64,000 nucleotides of DNA. It comes from Camelus ferus. Lineage: Eukaryota. The notes below the pieces were generated by a model. It ran no database searches. It had not been told where the DNA came from and was given only the letters and a program-made list of their open reading frames with translations. Below, one piece after another: positions 51,093-64,000 of this stretch. Where the stretch lies: NCBI RefSeq assembly GCF_009834535.1, contig NC_045698.1, positions 7,690,001-7,754,000 of the forward strand. Reading direction: 5' to 3'. Each line of letters begins with the position of its first letter. The first letter of the stretch is position 1. Both the position numbers and the translations under genes were made by a program.

Positions 51093-51625
51093 GATCAGAC
51101 TTGCTTCAGGTAGGGTTTGGCCTTTCAATAGCAAGTTACAAGAAAATCATCTCAAACTGAAGCAGAAAAAGGGGAGTTTTTGGTTCGCCTACTAAAATCC
51201 TCAAGGTGACTTGGCCAAGGCATTCTAACGTGGCCGTTGGAGCCTGGTGTGTCTCCATCTCCTGGCTGTGCCTCTTTGGCTTCATTCTCGGGGCTCCATG
51301 CGGTGGCCCCTGACCACAGCTGACTCTTACTCTCATTACTGCTAGGGAGTAGCAGGAAGTCTTTTTGCACATCACTGATTCTGATTTGGTGACATGATCA
51401 TTCAGAACCAATCATAGTGACTCAGGAGATACCCTACTCTGATTGGTCAGATCTGAGTCCCGGTCCGGGGGAAGGGCCAGCTCCCTTCCCAGTGCATAGG
51501 TCAGAGGGCGTGGAAGATAGTGGTGCCCAGGGGAAAATTGTGTCATTATTACCCAAAGCAGAATGAGTGGGTACTTAGTGGCCAGAACCCAACAAACATC
51601 CCCTGCAACGGAACAGAAAACATCA
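51090..51625 (-). mobile_element. Old MaLR (MLT1K/L-like) LTR
   Basis: caactcaaactg-like and agaaccaatca/ctctgattggtcag motifs; strongly diverged. Confidence 0.45.
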
Positions 51626-52644
51626 GCCAGCATGTATCTTGGTCTCTATGTATTTAAAGCAATTCCATTTCACAGATGAGTAGAGTCTTAGGGCTCAGGA
51701 GATAGTCAAGGTGCCTGCAGTTATCAGACAATGCAGGAGAAAGATGTTCCTAGGATGTGGAGCAAAGTTTACCTTCTGAAAACATGACCGTCCAAAACGC
51801 ACCTTATAGAGTGAGTCAGAGATGTGTTCCTTACCAGGCTGACTTCCTTCAGGGTTAAGGACATTATTTCAATCTCTCCACCACTTAGCATAATGCTTGG
51901 TGCAGAACGGCTGGGTAGAAGACCATTTCCGACTGAGTTAATTAATAGATTTGTAGAAGGAACTCAAGGGATGATCATTTTAAAAAGTATGTCCTAGGAT
52001 GCTTGGGATGCTCATGTCCAGTTAAAAGGTGCACAGTTGTTGGACCACATGGTACAAATTGAGAAAATCTGTAGCCTAAAAGCTATTCCTTAACATGTCT
52101 GAAGACTGTGTGAAAATAAGCGTGTTGGTCTTGGAGGAGTCTAGGAAGGGAGGACCAGGCAAGAACTTTCAGGATCCATGGGAGACAAGCCCTGTTCAAT
52201 TTAACTTTGTGCATCTTCCTTCTCTCCTGTATCCAGCCCACAAATTCATGTATCCTTGGCCTTCCCAATCTTCAGCCCTTCAACTCAGCCAGGGTCTGTT
52301 CCCCTCCCTGCTCTGGGCAGTGTGCTGCTGAGATTCTGGGCTCACTGTGTTTCCTTCCCCTCATGGACCAGAATCTTGTGCAGCTCTTTTTCCCAACCCT
52401 TGTTGCGTATATTTTGCCCAGTCTTCTAGTTGCTTAAGACGGGAGGGCGAACCTGGCTCCTGTTGCCCCATCTCAGCCTGTGCATTTGAATACTTTGTGT
52501 CTGGCTGGGAAGGAGGTCAGGTCTAAGGAGGACACATGGAATGGACAGGAGAAGCGGAGGAGCTGATTGGCTACAGAGTTCTGGCTGGATGTCCTCCTCA
52601 CCTCTCCTCCTGGCTCGCTGATGAAGGACAATGGGTAGACATAA

Positions 52645-53205
52645 TTTTTTAAAAAAATTTAACTATAGTTGATTTACAGCTCTGTGTTATATTCAGGTGT
52701 ACAGCTTCAGATTCTTTTCCATTATAGGTTATTATAAGATACCGAATATATCTCTGTGCTGTATGGTACGTCCTTATTGTTTATTTGTTTTTATATAGTG
52801 GCTGTTTCTGTTAAGATCATACTTCTGCTTTATTCCACATCTCTGCCACCTTTCTGTTTGGTAACCATAAGTTTGTTTTCTATGTCTGTTTTGTAAATAA
52901 GTTCATTTATGTCTTTTTTTACATTCCACATATAAGTGATATCATATAATATTTGTTTTTCTCTGCCTGACTTATTTCACTTAGTATGAGCATCTCTAGG
53001 TCCACCCATGTTGTGTGTATGTATGTATCTTCTTTATCCAGTCAGCTGTCAATGGACACTTAGGTTGCTTCCCTGTCTTGGCTGTCGTATATAGTGCTGC
53101 CGTGAACACTGGAGCGCATGTATTCCTTCAAATTAGAGTTTTCTCTGGTTACATGCCCAGGAGTGGGATTTCTGGATCATACAGTAACTCTATTTTTAGT
53201 TTTTT
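52645..53205 (-). mobile_element. Young L1 3' portion
   Basis: ggtaaccataagtttgttttctatgtc..ccacatataagtgatatcata..atgcccaggagtgggat. Confidence 0.88.
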
Positions 53206-53209
53206 AAAA

Positions 53210-53730
53210 GTAGTTGTAATTTTAATCCCCGAGGATGTCCTAGTGGCGTTTGCCATGTTTTCTGGAACTGCAGCACTGTTCGGACATCTTCCCTTGGACT
53301 GAGTCCAGCCTTCCCCAGGCAGAGACCGGAGCTTTCAGATTCTGAGCTGTCTTTGAGGCATCACTGCAAAATGTGACCTGAGTTCAACCCACCAGCCGCA
53401 CCGTTGGGTATTTTTATTAAGAAGTAAGTGGCTCAAGGAGGTAGGCTCTGGGCAGAACCCATTCTCCCAGTGCGGGTGGCTTCACAGCTGTCAGCAATAT
53501 CCCTGCCTGATACAGAAGCAGCAGAGGTAGGTGACATCAGGGCTGGTCCCTCTGTGCCCAGGGGTAGCGGCAAAATCACAGGTTCCTCATCGGGCAGCTC
53601 CATGGCTGGATTTTCTGCACTGTGTCTGGAGTCTTACCCTCAATTCTGTTTCACCAGCCCTCCCAACAATCCCGTAACAATCTCTTTTTTCTCCTCCATC
53701 AACCAGAATCAACTGCCCTTGTTTGGACAA
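53210..53730 (+). mobile_element. Old ERVL LTR (LTR16/LTR33-like)
   Basis: Degenerate ERVL LTR end (ccagccctcccaacaatcccgtaa..aaccagaat); family uncertain. Confidence 0.35.
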
Positions 53731-56049
53731 CTCATTGTCTTGGTTGTATTATTGTTTGATTGAGTGGAGGATTATAACCAAAGATGCTCACAAAAAATCA
53801 GATATCACTTTATCCATAAAAAGGAAAAGCTAAATTCAAACACCTTCTTCCAAGTAGTTCAGAGTTCTTTCTTACAAGCCCTCTGTGTGTGTCATGGACC
53901 AATCTCCAAGACCAGAAAAAAGTGAAGGCATTGCTTACTTCGGGTCTTATCTCTTGCTCTTGTCAACTGTATTAACGTTCCTGTTTGAAGTCAAATCTCC
54001 TGGTAGGCCAGTGATTGTTACGGGATATTTTAACACCCTGTGTCAGCCCAACACAAATCATGCATTTTCTGAGCAAGTGTCCAGGCTTCAGCAACATTTC
54101 TGTAGATGGACATTTGTAACCAAGGTATAGGATGTATTCAGTTGACAAATGGCTTTCTCTAACAGGAGATTTAGAAACAGCATCTGGATTCATTAGTTTT
54201 ATAACTTCACTTTCCTTTACATTCATAAGCTAAACATGTACCCACTACACTTGTAATTCATTCTTTTGAAAAATGAGTGCACGTGGCGTGGGGCAGAGAT
54301 GAGGGCCATTTTTATAGATAAATGCCGATGCTTTTAAAGCTGCGTGGGTAGTGGTAGCTGATAGTGGAAATCCTGATAGGCTTTTAAGTGTGTCAACTGA
54401 ACCAGGATGCTAGCAGAGAACGCAGCTCCCAGGAGTCAGCTAGACAAGATGTGGTCACGGAAGACAGGAGATGCTGTTTTAATAAAGTACCAATGACTCT
54501 TTGTCTTTTTAACAGAAAATAACCTATTGCTGGCCTGAAATTGAAAACACATCACTTGGAGTTTCTGGTGGGAATTGCTTAGAGCAGAGCTGTACGTTCA
54601 AATGTCTGAATGGTAACCTTCACTCATCTCCAGGAGTGACTCAGAGAGATTTGTGTGGACAGGCAAGAAACTACTTTGCTGTGCAAACCTTTTAAAGGGT
54701 ATGAGAGAGAATTAAAAAAAAATCTACAAGCAAGTAAATGGATGGGCTGTGGATGGAACAGGTAAGACACTGACTGGCTGTTGTTTAACTTTGCAGGAAA
54801 TTGAGGGTGTTTTAAAACTAGTGTCTAAATTCAAAACCAAGTCATTATAAGCAATGAAGGCTTTGTTGAGCTTTTGGTTGTATGGGAAGCAAAACTGTGG
54901 ATATCAGAGAGTCACTTCGCTGGAAGGGACCCTAGAGTTCCATTTAGTGCAATTCTCCTATTTTGCCATTGGAAGAAACTGAGGCTCTGACAAGAAAGGG
55001 TCCTGCCCAAGGTCACTCGTTAGGTAGTAAGACAGTGAAAGTTTAGAAGGCTGCATCATAAGGACAGAGCACGGGGCAAGATTAAGATTAGGATGCTGAT
55101 ACCTTGATAATGTGTCCATGGTGATGAGTAAAACATCTGGGAGACATTTGCAAGCTAAGGATCCTGGCTCCCCCAAGCTGCAAACAGCACGCTGAGCAGT
55201 ATTTGCCACGGATACAATTGTTGGACTCTGAAAAGCCGTCTGGGTTTCCAGGTTTCCACATCCCCGAAGGGGATCTCACCTACTGAACGTGGGACCTGAA
55301 TGAAGCCCAGCAAGGTCTGGTTTATGTCCCTGAGAGGCACTCAGTTCCTTCAGTGCTGAATCAAGATGCAACAAGGCAGGACTGAAACAAACAAGGTGAA
55401 ATCCGAGTGCGGTTAAAAAGATGCAAAGAGAGAAGTCCTGATGAAGGTGACTCACATTTGCAAGAACAAAAACAACAAAAACCAAAGATGACCTAGAATT
55501 TTAATGGATTCAAGCTTAGGATGCACCCAGAGTGTGATTTGACTGTTGAATAAACTAAAAGAAAATTTAAGGCTTAGTGTCCAAGAGACCTAGAGGAAGG
55601 AGCTTACAGGGGGAATAGACCTAAGGTGAGTTTAGGAGGGAACTTTCTTGCTACTTATTGGATTAGGTAGGGCTGTCTTAACTTGGTGTGCTTCCCTGGA
55701 AGGGTGTGAACATCTGGGTGAATGTTTGTTGGGGATGCTGTAAACAAGGTACTGCTTTGGACTAGATGGCCCTCAAGTCCCACTATATGTGTCCAAAGGC
55801 CAGCATAGCTCTCCAAATCCCATCACTTACTGTGTGACCTTGGAGAAGTCATTTAACCTCTCTGAGCCTCTCTTTCCTTGGCTGTAAGATCAAATGTTTT
55901 TTTAATATTTTAAAGGGCATTTTAATATTAGAATCAAAAAAAAAAGAGTTTAAGAAATGCACGCTGAAGATCTTAGTGTGGTGCTTGGTACATGATAATT
56001 TTTAAGCAGTTTGTGTCTTCAGAGCTTTCCATCTTTTATATATAATAAC

Positions 56050-56392
56050 TCATTCAGGGATGAGCATGTGACCCCATAACGACTAATGAGATACCTTGAG
56101 ACCGTTGCTGAGGCTTCTTGGAGTTATTCTTGCTTAATGGATTTAAAGCTGAGAAGGTAAACTTTCTGGAGATTTTATGACATCTACACCTGGTTATTAC
56201 AGCCAGGACAGCTGGAGTCAGAGCTGAGAGAGAGAGGAACAGATCCATGGTGACTTTATCTGACCCCTGAATCCAGCCATGCCTGAAGCCTGCTGACTTC
56301 TGGACTTTTCAATGACATGAGTAGATTAATTCCACTTTGTTTACTGCAGTCTGGGTCAAGTTTCTGCCACATGCAACCAAAAAATTGTGACA
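56050..56392 (+). mobile_element. Old MaLR (MLT1K/L-like) LTR
   Basis: gcatgtgaccc..tgaatccagccatgcctgaagcc..ctggacttttca..catgcaaccaaaa. Confidence 0.55.
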
Positions 56393-56841
56393 GATGTGGT
56401 CCTCGAAAGAGACATCCTCACATTTTTATAGGTTTATTATTACTGCTTAATGTGAACATGCAACCTGGCAGCTACTACTTTCTTCCATGCAGGGAGCTAT
56501 GGAGCCACTGAAAGCACTGCCTTCCTTGATCATCTCTGCTAAGAGCCCAGTGCAGCTGACTTTGATATATCAAAGACACATTGACCTGAAAAGTTTGCTT
56601 GTTATTTTTAGCAACTCTTAACTTAGAGTTAGTACCTTTAAAACCACAGCTGCTGCTTCTTTAGTTCCCCGTCTCGCTGCCAAAAGCCTGATCAATAAAG
56701 AATACCTAGAATGTCTTCAAACTTAATTTAGCATCTGGCCTGAGGAGGTGAATGCCAAGTCTGGGTCTCACAGCAAGCAAAAGTTGGAACCCAAAAAGAA
56801 ATTCAGAGGAATGCGTAGTCACTCTGTAGATCCACGGGAGC

Positions 56842-56912
56842 TTGCTTTCTTTCTCTTTCTTTGTCTTCCTTTCTTCCTTCCTTTCTTCCTTCCTTCCTTC
56901 CTTCCTTCCTTC

Positions 56913-56963
<51 letters not shown>

Positions 56964-56978
56964 TCCTGCTTGCTTGCT

Positions 56979-57009
<31 letters not shown>

Positions 57010-57298
57010 CTTTCTTTCATTTTGCTTTCTTCGTTGCTTTCTTTCTTCTTTCTTTCTTCTTTCTGTCTTTCTATTATTTCTTCTTTACTTCTTTCTTTCG
57101 GTCTTTCTTCTGTTCTTTTTTCTTCCTTCTTCTTCTTCTTTCTTTCTTTCTTTCTTCTTCTTTCTTTCTTCTTTCCTTTTTTTCTCTTTTTCTTTTTCTC
57201 TTTCTTTCTTCTTTCTTTCTTATTCTTCTTTCTTTCTTCTTTTCTTTCTTTCTTTCTTTCTTCTTTCTTTCTTTCTTTCTTTTTTTCTTTCTTTTCTT
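56842..57298. repeat. (CCTT)n/(TTTC)n microsatellite with degenerate T/C-rich extension
   Basis: About 450 bp of almost pure polypyrimidine sequence. Confidence 0.95.
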
Positions 57299-57647
57299 AC
57301 GTTTGCGTTGCTGCCAAAATCTGCTTGCTAATTAAGTTAACTTTGTTAACACTTGCTAGAAACTGGGTTAAAGCTGAAATGTCATGACACCAAATCCATG
57401 GTGCCAGCATGGACAAGGTTGTGGGAGACACTGGCTCTTTCTGATGTCAGCTTATCTTATTGGCCTCCGGAATTCTCATGAACTCAGAGAAAAGAGGTGG
57501 ATCTGCCGATGAACTTGAATCTGAAGGCTGCTGTCCCAGGTGCTGGAGAAGAGCGTTAGGGTCTTATCGGTTTCTGTAGATGTCAGTCATCCAACACCGG
57601 TATCTCTCCCAGAGGAGAAGCCTCTTCCCTCTTTTGGTGTTGGAGGT

Positions 57648-57740
57648 AGCGAAGCATGCATGAGGTCCTGGGTTCAATTCCCAGTACCTCCATTAAAATA
57701 AATATATAAATAAAACCTAATCCCACCACCACCACCAAAT
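57648..57740 (+). mobile_element. 5'-truncated vic-1-type SINE
   Basis: agcatgcatgaggtcctgggttcaattcccagtacctccattaaaataaat. Confidence 0.8.
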
Positions 57741-57844
57741 GAATTTGAAGTATCAAATGGGTGCTGTCTTTACAGTGATTATACATCTGTGACATCCACC
57801 TACATCTACATTATATTCAAGCATGTGTTATGTTGAACTAAAAA

Positions 57845-58030
57845 GTCTGTGTCTGAATTTTCTCCTGTTTTAAGGACACTGGTCATACCTGATTAGGGTC
57901 CACCCTAGTGACCTTGTTTTAATATAATCACCTTTAAACACTCCAGTCTCAAAATAAGATTGCATTTGAAGTACTGGGGTTTGGGGCTTCAATATGTGAA
58001 TGGCGGGGGCGTATTTCAGCCCCAAACAAC
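57845..58030 (-). mobile_element. MLT1 LTR fragment
   Basis: taaggacactggtcat..gattagggtccaccct..ggtt.gggcttcaatatgtgaat. Confidence 0.65.
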
Positions 58031-58982
58031 CCGTTTCACATTTTGGTGCTGAGTGAGCAAATGATGTGCCCTTCTTCGTTGACTTATTTCTTTCTCTGAA
58101 AGCTTCGGTTATCTTTCAAGGGATGTTTAGACATGAGATGGCAGGGCCATGAGGCAAAGCCAGAAGGAGACCTCAGAATCATGATTCAGTTCAGAAAGTG
58201 TGGACCTGCATGAATGGTGAGGGGGGATTCGTGGGGTGTTGAGGCAAAAGCCTCTTGCCATCCTCCCTTAGAGGATCCCAGTTTGTAGGGATTTCTAGAC
58301 ATTTATGCCTTGACTTCCACTTACGCTGGAATGTTCATCCATCTCTATGATCAGCAGACCAGGTTGCAAATAAGCCTGTCTCTTTGTATGAGACAAAAAT
58401 ATAAGAGGCTTCATTATAATTGTCATTCCAGTTACTGAGCAGAATTTACTATAAACTACATTAATTAACTCAGGAGGAATCCTTTCACAATGTATACGTA
58501 TATTAAGTCTTCACACCGTACACTTCAAATATCTTACAGTTTTGTCAATTATATCCCAGAAAAGCTGGTAAAAAATTCAGACGTTGATTGACCTTTTGTT
58601 ACTTGAGGGCTTTCCTTTCCTCCCATTTCCTGTTCCTTTTGTTTTATTTGGATTTAATCTGTTCCTACCCCTCCTACCTCAAGATGCATGAATATTATTA
58701 ATTAATGTAAATAAATTTAGCAAAAGAAATCTGTTTATTTTAAATCAGAAATAGATATGAGAATTGCCACTGTTCAGGGATTCTGGAAGGGCATAACAAT
58801 AGGAAATACATGAGTTTAATTCCCCAATTCACGCCACAAAGAATTTAATATAATCTAGATTATTTTAGGGTCTTATTCTAGGAATTTAGATATCAATACA
58901 GCAAGAAGATATTTTAAAACTTTTTGCTTGTTTGTTTTTTGTTTTCTGCATGAACTCTGATGGTCCTGTAGTGAAAGCCAGA

Positions 58983-59412
58983 TGTTGTAGACAGAATACA
59001 AGCCTCCCAAAGATGTCTGAATCCTAATCCCCAGAACAGGTGCATCTGTTACCTTCCATGGCACAATGGACTTCATTGATGTGATTAAGTTAAAGAGCGG
59101 GTGATGGGGAGATTTTCAATGTAATCACAAGCATTCTTACAAGGGAAAGAAGGAGGCAGGAGACTGAGATTAAGAGAGGGAGACAGACACAGATCTGAAC
59201 GAAGATGCTGTCCTTCTGAGTTAAAGATGGTGCCAAGGAATACAGGTGACCTATAGAAGCTACAAAGAGCAAAGAAACAGGGTTTCCCCTAAAATCCCTA
59301 AAAGGATTTGTTGACCCATCCTAGATGTCTGACCTCCAGAAATAATAATTTTCTGTGTTTTTTAAACTACTTAATGTGTGATTTGTTGTAACAGCTGTCA
59401 GAACCTAATGCA
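58983..59412 (+). mobile_element. MLT1D-like LTR
   Basis: tgttgtagacagaat..aaagatgtc..tgttacctt..gatgtgattaagttaa..ctgacctccagaa. Confidence 0.75.
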
Positions 59413-60135
59413 TCACGGAACTCCACGTACTGAAGCAGCCAGAAGTAACGACGTAACATTACCGCTGGGTAGCGGGGACATGTGCCTCAACACGCCCCAG
59501 GTTGGGGACCGTGTTCTACTTCTTCATTTTTCTAAAATAAGACATGCCACAGCTGTCACTTTTATGGCTGCTTTCTCTCCTCTGGGCTGTGGCAGAATCT
59601 GAGACATAAGATGTCCAACAAAATGGGCGGCCCAGGTTCTCAGTCTATCCCTGTTCCCGCTGCTGCTGGCCCTGGTCTGGGAGAGGGCAGGGAGGTGCTC
59701 TCCAATCTATGAATCTCTCTTCTGCACAGCTCTGTGCCCTCCGGGCTTCAGCTTGGAGCCCTTCCCTTCCGCTGTCCTCCACAGAACCTGCAACCCTGCT
59801 GACTGCTCTTCTCCCGACTCAACTGCTCCCACCCGGCACCCCTCCCGTCCATCTCTCCTTCCGGGGCGGGGCATCTGCTCCTACTACCCCCGCCGGACAC
59901 CTGCAGGGATGACGGCCAGCACTGCCCTCCAGCCCTGGGGAAAGAGTCTCCTCCACTCAGGACTGCCGCCTTGGAAAGCGATCCGTGCTCATACACAGCA
60001 CTGCTTTCCTTGCTGTGTCTGTTCTCCAAGAATTTTTGTGCCTCTTACATGGTAACCTCCATCAATGTTGGTGAATGAGCGAACACTAATAACCTACATT
60101 TGGACGGCAGAGCACAGTAACAGAAGCAGCCATAA

Positions 60136-60530
60136 GCGGTGTGCCGAGCGGGCCTGCATCAGCTCAGAGGCCAGAGGACTGAGCCTTCAGGAATTTGCAA
60201 GGTGATTGTTAAACATACCTACTACTGAGTATCAAATTATACAGATACTTAACAATTAAATGAATTATTTTGAAAATAACAGTAATAAGTGCTCAGAACC
60301 CATCACAACCTAATTATTTTACTACATTTCACTGCGACTTAAGCTCTTGAGGTTTTAAAAACTATTTATGTCTATTTTATTTGTATCCTGGAAATGATAC
60401 AGGGGTGTGTTACCGAGCACCACTTTGAACTCTGCGTCTAGTCACATCATATTGGCAGCTGGAAGTCGGTCACGGTGTGTGCACTTACAGCACAGAAACT
60501 GGCAAACGTTATAAATCAAGGGTTTTTTCT
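60136..60530 (+). mobile_element. Arthur1-like hAT-Tip100 transposon fragment
   Basis: gattgttaaa..cctaattattttactacattt..gctcttgaggtt..gaaactggcaaacgttataaatcaaggg. Confidence 0.65.
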
Positions 60531-60722
60531 TTTCTTTCTACATATAAAAATATAAAACCACACCTATAATAATTAAGATTAAGATAATTTTACCATTATG
60601 TATACCACTATATATAACCACATATATTATAATTAAGATTAATCAAGTAATAAATTCTTGATTCTTTTTACTTTTCTGTAAAGCATTCTTTAGAAAAATA
60701 ATGGCAGAAAGGCAGGTTAAAT

Positions 60723-60911
60723 TGGGGTTGCCAGATAAAATACAAGAAGCCCAGTTATATTTTCAGATAACAAAGAAAAAAATTATTACTGTGAATATGT
60801 TCCAAGCATTGCATGGCTCATACTTATATTTAAAAAAAAATTGACTGTTTCACTGAAATTTAATTTTAACTGGATGATCTGTATTTTTATTTGCTGAATC
60901 TGGTGATCTTA
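60723..60911. mobile_element. MER53-like palindromic MITE
   Basis: gggttgccagataaaatacaag...ctgtatttttatttgctgaatctgg inverted termini. Confidence 0.75.
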
Positions 60912-62619
60912 ATTAGATATTCTTTCTTTACATGTTATCAAAATGGGATGATGCCTTGCCATAGTCTTTGTGAATTATTAAAAAACATAGCTCTGTCTTT
61001 CAAACTTACTAGGGTCAAAATTAATTACATAAAAATGCTTATCATGACCCGGTAACTGGACTAGTGACTGCACTCCCAGTGAACTTCCACTAAGAAGGGA
61101 CTGCCAATCTCCTCTCTGACTTTTTAGACATCTTTGGAATAAAACAAGTGAACCATAAAAAAGCATAGGTTTCCCTGTCCTTTCATGTCCATTTCTTAAC
61201 ACTGTTTACTAATCTTTCCTCCTAGGTCCTCACAGCACCCTCCCAGTGCCATAGCACATCCGGCGTCAGTTCTGTTACTGCCAACAGCTACTTTTTGACT
61301 TGGAGGCGTTCCCATTCTGAAGCTACACATTCCCAAACACAACCTGGCTTAGAAGAAGATGTATCAATCAATACTCAATACATCAGACCTGCGTTACTCA
61401 GGTTTTCAACCTTTTAATCATCTTTCATTTGTACTTGGATATAGATCATGAGCATATGGAGAAGGTAATTGCTTAAGAACCTAAAATTACTCCAATATTA
61501 ATAGTATATTGAGGCAATAATATGGCTTCAGACCCATTCAGTTATGAATCCACAGTATACATTACAGATAGTAAAAAGAATCAGGTAGAATGGTGACTAG
61601 GGAAAGTATTTACAGAATGCCTTGCTGCTTATCAGAATTAGTGTTGAGGCTATGTTCTTTATAATCTATTTTCCTAAATCTTCAGAAAAGCATGTTCCTA
61701 TTCGGAGGACACGATGACATGAATACATAATTCTTTACCTTGAGATTTCTTTCATCAATCCAGCCCTCTGTTACTTCCTAGAAAAAGGCAAAGGAGAGTC
61801 TCTAGAATGTGAGTATGAGTGCTTAATAATTGCTCATTTTGGAATATTCTGGGGGAATTAAGTGCTTCTCAAGTGCTTTCAGAAGAGAATTATTTTAGGG
61901 CAGCAGAGTACCCCTGTAAGCCAAGGGGATGTGGCCCGTGCTTATGCACATGGGTTAAAAATAACCCCTTTTACGTGTACAACATCTCATTAATTTCCTA
62001 GTGTTTTATTGTCCTCCTTGTCCACTTGCCACCAGGGAGGCTCATATTATAACCTTCACTTATTTTTAAGATGAGGGGAGTAAGGTGCAGCGACATCACA
62101 CTGCTAGCAAATGTTGAAAAATTGAGGCTTTTCAACTCTAGACCATAATATGGGATACTTCCTGCAGGAAAGGTGGTTTGAGCTGTGGCTTCAGAGAGGA
62201 TTAGGAGTCTGCAAAGAAAAGGGGTCTTGGGGAGAGGACAGCCGGATTCCCTAGTATCCACCTTTCACTCTGGACCCGGTGGAACTTCAAGCTCAGCGAG
62301 GAGGGGTGTCTGCTGATCCCCAGAGGAGCCTCCTCACCACACGTCTGCCTCTTGCAACCTTCTCCCTGGATCTACCCTCAGCATGTGTGACTTAACGTGT
62401 CCACAATGGAGGGGGCTTTCTTTGCCAGTAAGATTTTTCTTGCTTTGTCTCATTGCTGGGCTTCCAACCACCCACACTCACATCTCAGAGGGATGTTTAG
62501 GCCCCTTCATCATTCCTCGTGTAGCTGCCAATTGCTGTGAATTTTACATCTGTACCACTTCACATTAGATTAGTTTTAGCCACAATTCTCCTGGCTCAGA
62601 TTATTATGCGTTCTCTGGG

Positions 62620-62972
62620 TCATTATTCTCAAACTTTGACGTTCCTACAAATCACTTAGGAATTATGTGAAAATGCAGATTCTGTATTTTCAATACATTT
62701 CTAGGTGATGTTGATGTTTCTGGCCTCCAGATTATATTTTGAACAACAAGGTTCTAGATTATTGAAATAATCTCAGGAGTAATCTTTCTCTAGGCCAGTG
62801 GTTCTCCAAGTGTGGTCCCCAGACAAGCAACACCATCATCACTTGGGAACTTGCTAGAAATGCAAACTCTTGTTGAGGGCCAGCCCTGCCTAATCTGAAA
62901 CTCCATGCTTGAACCAGTTGTCCAGGTGATGTGCTCCAGGTGATTCTGGTTGTAAAGTTTGAGAACCACAGA
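62620..62972. mobile_element. Two MER5-family MITEs (~62620-62750 and ~62796-62972)
   Basis: ttctcaaacttt..aaatgcagattc; cagtggttctc..gggaacttgctagaaatgcaaa..aagtttgagaaccac. Confidence 0.75.
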
Positions 62973-63369
62973 GCTAGCCCTTACCTTTACAACCACCATA
63001 TGCACCCCAGAATCTTTGTAAAGATGCTGTGAATAATCTTCAGTGTTTCCCAATATGGCTGTCAAGGGCCTCAGACTTTCCCCCTAGCCTGACTCCTCTT
63101 TCTCTCTACCCTCCCCCTGTTCCTAATTTTAGAGGTATATTTGTTGCATGCTCTTCCCTCTTCATTCCCTATAATTTAACATCAACATTTTTCTTTTTCT
63201 TCTTTTTCTTCCAGCACCTTCCTTATTGCTCATTGAAAGCCTGTCTGTTCTTTGAGGTCTAGTCAAACACTTTCTCCTCTGAGAAAGTGTGCTCGTAGGC
63301 CATCAGCTGGGAGTGCATATCTTTTCTTCCTCATCCTTTGTTGTGGCCAGCACATTGTGCACTATTAGA

Positions 63370-63600
63370 ACAATGATTCTCAGCTGGGTCCAGTTTTGCC
63401 CCCCACACCCTGGGGACCTTTGGCAATATCTGGAGGTGGTTTTGATTGATTGTCCCAAATCAGGTGGTAGTGCTATAGGGCTCCAGAGCGTAGAGACCAG
63501 GGATGCAGCTCAGAATCCTGTAAAGCACAAGACAGCATGCCATCCTTGCCCCCAAACAAAGAATTACAGAATTATCCAGCCCCAAAGTCAATAGTGCACT
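63370..63600 (+). mobile_element. MER20-like hAT MITE
   Basis: ttttgccccc..ggggacctttggcaatatctggag..gtagagaccagggatgc..tccagccccaaagtcaatagtgc. Confidence 0.8.
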
Positions 63601-64000
63601 AGGGCAATATGAGTCTTCTATCTTCTCCAGTGGTTGTTGTCAGCAGCACCCTGGATCAGATCTTCCTTGTGAATGCACGTTCGTATGGATTAGCAGGCAC
63701 TTGATAAAGCTTTTGTCTTCAGTTTATTGAGGAACTGAGCAACCAGATATTGTACAGTTTAAAAATCTGTGAAGCTAATGTGGTCACGGTGGAAACTTAG
63801 GTCAAGAATTCCATTGTCTTGACTGAGACTCAAACCCTTGACTTAGAACTCCACTTTTGCCCTTTCCGAACGTGCTCAGGGAGTTGGGAATGGAGAGTTT
63901 CCGTCATTGTTTGCGCGTTTGTTTTCTACTTCATCCTCAGTGGCTGATGAGACATTAGGTGCAGCCCAGTTCCTTATTATCAAACTGATGAAGAGACTGG

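Noticed and set aside
56706..57387. Long F/L/S-rich and K/E/R-rich ORFs (up to 195 aa)
   Set aside because: They are translations of the TTTC microsatellite.
1..64000. CRISPR array, operon or other prokaryotic-type system
   Set aside because: No regularly spaced repeat-spacer array or gene-dense segment; the whole window has mammalian repeat content.

Overview
Mammalian, repeat-rich window with no protein-coding gene I can recognise. It is very likely camelid (Camelus/Vicugna/Lama), because it carries four tRNA-Ala-derived vic-1-type SINEs and young artiodactyl-type L1 3' ends. It reads as intergenic or deep-intronic DNA containing L1/L2/MIR fragments, MaLR (MLT1), MER21, MER41-like and other ERV solo LTRs, hAT/Tigger MITEs and microsatellites. 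The listed ORFs appear to be chance or repeat-derived. The best-supported notable feature is a full-length U6 snRNA retrocopy fused to an L1 3' end (U6/L1 chimera, 27358-27693, minus strand), with a 7-bp target-site duplication (TSD), inserted inside a MER5A. Also notable: a MER41-like LTR retaining a STAT1 GAS site, an L1 with a possible 3' transduction, an inverted pair of solo LTRs, and weak candidate spliced exons on both strands. I found no convincing evidence of a new multi-gene system. Repeat family names come from recalled consensus sequences, not from a database search, and boundaries without a TSD are approximate.
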